A stretch of DNA of 64,000 nt, taken from contig DVMH01000027.1 of assembly GCA_018715045.1 (NCBI GenBank), forward strand, positions 6,306 through 70,305. Reading direction: 5' to 3'. The position numbers and the translations under genes were made by a program. The notes under the pieces were generated by a model. The model saw nothing but the letters and a program-made list of their open reading frames with translations, had not been told where the DNA came from and made no database searches. The first letter of the stretch is position 1; the number at the start of each line of letters is the position of its first letter. This document shows, one piece after another, positions 58,810 to 64,000 of the stretch. The DNA comes from Candidatus Avidehalobacter gallistercoris. GTDB taxonomy: Bacteria; Bacillota; Dehalobacteriia; UBA4068; UBA4997.

Positions 58810-58930
58810 ATATTAAAGCTCCCAGTATATATTAAAAGATGCACGTTTTTTTCTAATTTATATAATATGGCAATTTACGCCCAAGGTCAAGGCGCAAATT
58901 GCCTGTCACAACAAGCCCGAATACAACATG

Positions 58931-60340
58931 CTATTGTTGTTTCTGGCATATAACCGTGACATTGCCTTTGGCAACGCCCTGCACTTTACCGCCTGACGCC
59001 ATAAGCTCTTGCAGCTTTTCCACCATTTCGGCCTCAATCACCTCGCCCATGCCAACGGCAGGTATGCCCGGCGGATACGGGGTCAATAAGCCCGCGGATA
59101 TGCAGCCAGCCGCAGCAGCAAGAGGTATATCTTTTGTATCAGCGTGTGCAGCGTAAAACGGCGTTATAGCCTGTTCCGGCAACGGCAGCGCCGCCGGGTC
59201 AGGCGCACCCTCCGGGTTAACTGCCGTAAGTTTTGCGTCTGCCGCCGCTAATGACGCCGCCAGGCTATCCGGCGCCGTGTCGGCATAAGTCAGCAGCAGC
59301 AAGGCAAAGCGGCCCGCGGCAAACTCCGGTTCCAAGCCGCATTCGCGCAGTTTTCCGGCAATCTGACCGCCGCTATGCCCCACAGCACTGTATAGCAGGG
59401 CTTTCGTATCGTCATAAGCGAACCCTGCGGGCAAATCAGCCCCGTCAATCAAGCGCAGATTCGCCGCCCCGGCGAGTGCGTTCTCCAGTAAACGGCGTTC
59501 CTGACGCAACTGCCCCGCCCATGCCACCGCCTGCTCCTGCCATTCCGCCCGCGCCGCGTCCAGTGACGCCAACAGAGGATAAGAAGGACTGCTGGTTTGC
59601 AGCAGCGTCAGCCAATGCTCCGGATGCAAATCAGGACGGTTGCAGCCCAGCACAGCCGTCTGACCAAGGCTGCCCATGCTTTTATGCCAGCTATCAATCA
59701 CCAGATCCGCTCCCAGCCGCGCCGCCGCCAAGTCCGGCGCTATAAACGGCAGGGGCGCGCCATGCGCCTCGTCTACGATAGTGGTAACGCCATGCCGGCG
59801 CGCCGCCGCCAGGCAGCCTGCTAAATCGCCGCAAACACCGTAAAAGCTGGGATAGACGAAAAATGCCGCTTTTACCTCCGGGTGGGCAGATAGCGCCTGC
59901 TCGACCTGTTCCGGCATCACGGCCAGCGGTAACCCCGCCGCCGTTTGAGGCACTTCCAGCCACAGCGGACGAATATCCCCCAACGCCATAGCCGTCCAGG
60001 CCGCACGATGCGCATTCCGAGGCAACAGCAACATCTCCCCCGGCTTTACCGCCGCAAGAATGGCCGCTTGTATTCCCGCCGTTGCCCCGTTCACCAGAAA
60101 ATACGCCTTGAGCGCGCCCACAGCCAGCGCCATCAAATGCTCCGCGCAGAGGATCGCCCCCTCCGGCGCGTGCAGATCATCCAGCCCATCAGCCTCAGTA
60201 ACATCCCAAGCCGCAAGCTCGCCAAAACTCGAGAGCAAGCCCCTGGCCTGCCCCTTATGCCCCGGCATATGACCGCGCTGCCGCCCCTTGGCAATATATG
60301 CCGCAATCGCGTCCACCAGCGGCGTTTCGTTGTTATGCAT
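58931..60340 (-). CDS. Orn/Lys/Arg decarboxylase family PLP enzyme (YaaO-like)
   Basis: 469 aa. Motifs: GHMPGHKG, NGATAGIQAAILA, DEAHGA and the PLP-lysine region DSWHKSMGSLGQTAVL. It sits upstream of tmk, as yaaO does in B. subtilis. Confidence 0.8.
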   Translation of the reverse strand: MHNNETPLVDAIAAYIAKGRQRGHMPGHKGQARGLLSSFGELAAWDVTEADGLDDLHAPEGAILCAEHLMALAVGALKAYFLVNGATAGIQAAILAAVKPGEMLLLPRNAHRAAWTAMALGDIRPLWLEVPQTAAGLPLAVMPEQVEQALSAHPEVKAAFFVYPSFYGVCGDLAGCLAAARRHGVTTIVDEAHGAPLPFIAPDLAAARLGADLVIDSWHKSMGSLGQTAVLGCNRPDLHPEHWLTLLQTSSPSYPLLASLDAARAEWQEQAVAWAGQLRQERRLLENALAGAANLRLIDGADLPAGFAYDDTKALLYSAVGHSGGQIAGKLRECGLEPEFAAGRFALLLLTYADTAPDSLAASLAAADAKLTAVNPEGAPDPAALPLPEQAITPFYAAHADTKDIPLAAAAGCISAGLLTPYPPGIPAVGMGEVIEAEMVEKLQELMASGGKVQGVAKGNVTVICQKQQ

Positions 60341-60346
60341 GTCCTT

Positions 60347-61609
60347 TTACTCCGTCTTTAACCCCGGATAATCCAGCGTCGCAAACAAATCGGCCATCGT
60401 TTCTGACCGGCGAATCCGCCGCAGCGTGCCATTCTCCTGCAGCAAAAGCTCCTGGCAGCGCAGTTTGCCATTGTAATTGAAGCCCATCGTCAGCCCATGC
60501 GCTCCCGTATCGTGAATAGCCAGCAGATCCCCCACCTGGATTTCCGGCAACGACCGGTTCACGGCAAATTTGTCGTTGTTCTCGCACAGCGACCCCACCA
60601 CGTCATACACATGATCCGCGGGCTGGGTCTGCTTGCCCAGCACCGTGATATGATGATACGCGCCGTAGATCGCCGGACGCATCAGATGCGCCATGCACGC
60701 GTCCACGCCGATATAATGGCGATAGATATTCTTTGTATGCACCGCCCTGGTCACCAAAATGCCGTGCGGTCCGGTCATCAAACGCCCGCTTTCCATCGCC
60801 AGTGTCACTCCGCCAAGACCGGCAGGCGCCAACAGCCGTTCATATTCGCGGCGTATGCCCTTGCCAACGGCAGCTATATCCAGATCCGGTTCGTCCGGGC
60901 GATATGCCAGCCCCAAACCGCCGCCAAGATTGATGAATTCCACGGCCACGCCCAGCTTATCTTTGATTTCCACCGCCAGCTCAAACATCATGGTAGCAGT
61001 ACCAATGATATAATCCGCTGCCAGCTCATTAGAGACGATCATGGTGTGCAGACCGAAACGCTGCACTCCTTTGGCACGGCAGACTTCCACCGCCCTCAGC
61101 AGCTGCTCGTGCGTCATACCATATTTTGCCTCCTCCGGCCGGCCGATAATCGCATTACCGCCGCCCCGCGCCGCGCCAGGATTATAGCGGAACGAAAGCA
61201 ACTCCGGCAGGCCGCAGTTTTGCTCTAAAAACGCAATATGCGAAAAATCGTCCAGATTAACGGTAGCGCCCAGAGCCAGCGCCTTGGCGAATTCTTCCGC
61301 CGGGGTGTTGTTGGAGGTAAAACAGATTTCCGCCCCGCGCATACCCACGGCCTCAGCCATCAGCAACTCGGCATAGGAGCTGCAATCCGCCCCCAGCCCC
61401 TCTTCGCGCAGAATTTCCAGTATGTAAGGATTCGGCAGCGCTTTCACGGCATAATGCTCACGAAAGCCTGGCGCCCAGGCAAACGCAGCAAGCAGCTCCC
61501 GCGCCTGCCGCCGGATACCCCTCTCGTCATATAAATGAAATGGCGTACCAAATTGCTCCGCCGCCTCTCTGATTTTTTCCTCCGGACAAAAAAGCCGTTT
61601 TTCGGCCAT
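60347..61609 (-). CDS. lysA: Diaminopimelate decarboxylase family (fold-III PLP decarboxylase)
   Basis: Start MAEKRLF at 61609. Motifs: FGTPFHLYDE, YAVKALPN (PLP-Lys), INLGGGLG, GSLCENNDKF and DTGAHG. Confidence 0.75.
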   Translation of the reverse strand: MAEKRLFCPEEKIREAAEQFGTPFHLYDERGIRRQARELLAAFAWAPGFREHYAVKALPNPYILEILREEGLGADCSSYAELLMAEAVGMRGAEICFTSNNTPAEEFAKALALGATVNLDDFSHIAFLEQNCGLPELLSFRYNPGAARGGGNAIIGRPEEAKYGMTHEQLLRAVEVCRAKGVQRFGLHTMIVSNELAADYIIGTATMMFELAVEIKDKLGVAVEFINLGGGLGLAYRPDEPDLDIAAVGKGIRREYERLLAPAGLGGVTLAMESGRLMTGPHGILVTRAVHTKNIYRHYIGVDACMAHLMRPAIYGAYHHITVLGKQTQPADHVYDVVGSLCENNDKFAVNRSLPEIQVGDLLAIHDTGAHGLTMGFNYNGKLRCQELLLQENGTLRRIRRSETMADLFATLDYPGLKTE

Positions 61610-61707
61610 ACGTCTCACTCCCTAACTCGCAAGATGATTATATTAAACCATTCGCCCCCTCTAAAAGTCAAGAGGCCAAGCGTATGTATACATTACAATT
61701 CCCGTCT

Positions 61708-61740
61708 AAAAATGCACCCTGCCGAAGCGGGGTGCATTTA
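61708..61740 (-). terminator. Rho-independent terminator after the PhzF-like gene
   Basis: Stem ATGCACCC...GGGGTGCAT. The A-run on the + strand (61708-61712) gives a U-tract on the - strand. Confidence 0.7.
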
Positions 61741-61789
61741 AATCCACTGTTATTGCATGTTCAGACTGTTTTGGCGCTATATGACAGTT

Positions 61790-62566
61790 TCACAACATGA
61801 TTTCTGAAACGGCAAACAACACCGCCTGGCCGGCTAAAAACACCTTGCCGCCCTCCAGGCGGCAATAAAGAGTTCCGCCGCGCTTAGACGCCTGATACGC
61901 CACAATATCCTGCTTGCCCAGCATAGCCGCCCAATACGGCACTATATGACAATGACCGGAGCCGCATACCGGGTCTTCGCCAACATTCAGCTTAGGCGCA
62001 AAGCTCCGCGAAACGCAATCAGTTTGCGTACCCCTGGCCGTCACTTGCAGCAGCAAACCGTCCAGTTGTTTGACCTTGGCCATATTAGGTTGCAGATTTC
62101 TCAGCGTAGCCTCATCCTGCATAATACAAAGCAGATCCCGCCCCATATACGCCGCCAGCGGGGAAGCGCCAAGAGCTTCCGTCATTGCCTGCGTTACCGG
62201 CACCTGCTTCAGACGATACGCCGGGAATTCCATTTCCAGCAGTTTGCCCAGCCTGTTCACAATTAATTCACCGCTAAGCGTGGTAAAAACAACCCGATTT
62301 GCGTCCGGAATATAGTAATTCAGCAGCACATATCCGCATGCCAGCGTCGCATGGCCGCACAAGTCGATCTCGCCGCCGGGCGTGAACCAGCGCAGATGAT
62401 ACTTTTCCCCTTCTTTAACCGCAAAAGCCGTCTCTGAAAGATTATTCTCCTGCGTAATATTCATCATGGTTTCTTCCGGCAACCAATCGTCAAGCACACA
62501 AATGGCCGCCGGATTGCCATGAAAAACACTGTCCGTAAAAGCATCGACAACATACTGTTTAAGCAT
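61790..62566 (-). CDS. PhzF-family isomerase-like protein
   Basis: Start MLKQYVVDAFTDSVFHGNPAAICVL at 62566. Motifs: NLSETAF, DLCGHATLA and DPVCGSGHC. Confidence 0.8.
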   Translation of the reverse strand: MLKQYVVDAFTDSVFHGNPAAICVLDDWLPEETMMNITQENNLSETAFAVKEGEKYHLRWFTPGGEIDLCGHATLACGYVLLNYYIPDANRVVFTTLSGELIVNRLGKLLEMEFPAYRLKQVPVTQAMTEALGASPLAAYMGRDLLCIMQDEATLRNLQPNMAKVKQLDGLLLQVTARGTQTDCVSRSFAPKLNVGEDPVCGSGHCHIVPYWAAMLGKQDIVAYQASKRGGTLYCRLEGGKVFLAGQAVLFAVSEIML

Positions 62567-62676
62567 AATCAACTCCCGCTTTATCGTTCTCATTATAGCC
62601 CGCGCGTAAACATCAAACAAAATAACGCTGCTTAAAAGCCTCTGTCATGTTAGCTCAGCCGGCAAATTCAAACCTG

Positions 62677-63210
62677 CTACACATAAAACACACGGTTTTC
62701 TTTCCGAGGCGCTGCAAGCGGAAGTTCACCGTCCACATAACCCAGTGCGCAGTGGCCGATCCCTTCGAACTCGCCCGCCATGCCTAAGCTGGCCAGCAGG
62801 GATTTATACCCCTCCATCTCAAACTCTTCTTTGGCGCGGTGAATCCAGCAACTACCCAAGCCAAGCGCATGAGCCGCCAGCATTAGATTCCCCATCACCA
62901 GGCTGCCATCATATATCCGGTTAGGCCAATCTTTTTCCGCCAGCACAATTAGAATTACCGGCGCGCCATAAAACGGATCAAAGCCGTCTTCCCAGCCGCC
63001 TATCTTCCGATTATCCTCCACGATCTTATTCCGCAGCTCTTTGTTAGTCACGGCAATAATGCGCGTTGCCTGCTGCCCTCTGGCGCTGGCAGCGTAAAGA
63101 CCGGCCTCGATAATTTGATCGATCAGTTCCCGCTCAATCATGTCCGGTTTGAATCTTCGAATACTCCGCCTTTCCAGCATATCTTTGATGGTTTGATTCA
63201 TATTAGCCAC
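62677..63210 (-). CDS. Nitroreductase family protein
   Basis: 177 aa. Motifs: LERRSIRRF, AASARGQQ and LGLGSCWI. Confidence 0.8.
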   Translation of the reverse strand: MANMNQTIKDMLERRSIRRFKPDMIERELIDQIIEAGLYAASARGQQATRIIAVTNKELRNKIVEDNRKIGGWEDGFDPFYGAPVILIVLAEKDWPNRIYDGSLVMGNLMLAAHALGLGSCWIHRAKEEFEMEGYKSLLASLGMAGEFEGIGHCALGYVDGELPLAAPRKENRVFYV

Positions 63211-63447
63211 ACCCTTTCTTTAATTCTCACAGTCATGCCCTAACCCGCCAAAGAGAAGCTTTCTTTTTATATTAGCATTAAAATACCCTGCGCGCAAGCA
63301 TAAAAATTTTCTCTAAACAAACCAGAATTACAGTTTAGAGTTCCACACTGTTTTTATAATGAATCCGTTTGCAATTAATCGAGACAGCGACATTGTTGAA
63401 GTAAAAAAGAACGATTACTTAGGCGTGAAAATAGTCGCCTGAATTTA

Positions 63448-64000
63448 TTATTCTGAAATGGTGATTTTTATTGGCGTCGCTTTGCCGCCATTAAATCCCA
63501 TCAAAACAAACGGGCAGGCTGAAACGGCTACTAATGCATCAGTTAGAAACTTTAACATGATGTAATCGCCGGCACATGAGTGTTTCAGTTCACTGCCCTG
63601 TCCGCCCGCCGCAATCGCGTTCATATCCGGCGTGTTTTGAAATAAATTCCATGGATCTGGAATGCGCCATTCTTCTATACCATATGGTGCAAGGTTTTCC
63701 TTAAAGTTCTGCTGACAGGTGCGCTCATCAATCGTTCCGCCATACCGCAGATGTTCTGCGGTATCACAGGCGGCATAGGTAGAATCGTGAATTCCAAAAG
63801 TATCCTCAACAACCGCAAGCATCGGATTATTGAAATTCGTCACCAAAGTATCGCCTACCGTAAAATTGTTTCTGCGCATACCAAGGCGGCAACGGGACAT
63901 GGATAGAAACTCTTTGGCATCAGGCTGGCAGAACGCCATAAAATCTACGACCTGTTCCCCCTCCAAATCAGTAACCGTAACGTACTGATTTGCTTTAACA
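63448..64000 (-). CDS. DUF1989 / urea-carboxylase-associated-like family protein, 3' part (5' end beyond right window edge)
   Basis: The frame stays open to the window end (...VKANQYVTVTDLEGEQVVDFMAFCQPD...). Recognition is from the TDLEGEQVVDF ... C.PD pattern only. Confidence 0.45.
   Translation of the reverse strand, partial: VKANQYVTVTDLEGEQVVDFMAFCQPDAKEFLSMSRCRLGMRRNNFTVGDTLVTNFNNPMLAVVEDTFGIHDSTYAACDTAEHLRYGGTIDERTCQQNFKENLAPYGIEEWRIPDPWNLFQNTPDMNAIAAGGQGSELKHSCAGDYIMLKFLTDALVAVSACPFVLMGFNGGKATPIKITISE

Overview
This is a 64-kb chromosomal window from a moderately high-GC Firmicutes/Clostridia-type anaerobe. The taxon is inferred from gene order matching Bacillus subtilis (yaaO-tmk-holB-yaaT-yabA-yabB-rsmI-metG-tatD-yabE, secA-prfB, dgt-dnaG-rpoD) and from an anaerobic-type cbi pathway. 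Left to right: a truncated ECF-like sigma gene in a low-GC patch; a 2,071-aa SLH-anchored VWA/repeat adhesin; hppA and secG; then a ~21-kb cobalamin/tetrapyrrole block. That block runs cobD, an MFS-CBS transporter, cobO, a cobalamin riboswitch, cobQ-cbiB-cbiC-cbiD-cbiET-cbiG-cbiH-cbiJ-cbiA-hemA-sirC-hemC-cobA/hemD-hemB-hemL-cbiF. It is followed by two tRNAs and housekeeping genes: vanZ, rpoD, dnaG, dgt, rlmA, trx, glmS, secA, prfB, split tkt, asnB, metG, rsmI, yabA, ricT, holB, tmk, lysA and others. I saw no CRISPR array, transposase, integrase or phage genes, so most of the window is core genome. The most unusual observation is prfB. The RF2 gene is interrupted by an in-frame TGA at exactly the position where canonical prfB genes carry the +1 frameshift site, so a +1 shift cannot make RF2 here; only UGA read-through (or a sequencing error) can. 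Other items worth a second look:
- An A13/T13 homopolymer forms the spacer of the predicted adhesin promoter.
- A nested-hairpin leader (or MITE-like insert) lies in front of the MFS-CBS fusion embedded in the B12 cluster.
- The otherwise complete anaerobic B12 block has no cbiK/cbiX or cbiL.
- A membrane HD-GYP-like protein has a degenerate active site.
- A thioredoxin carries a CGYC active site.
- glmS has no room for a glmS ribozyme.
All family calls rest on motif recognition by eye; no searches were run.
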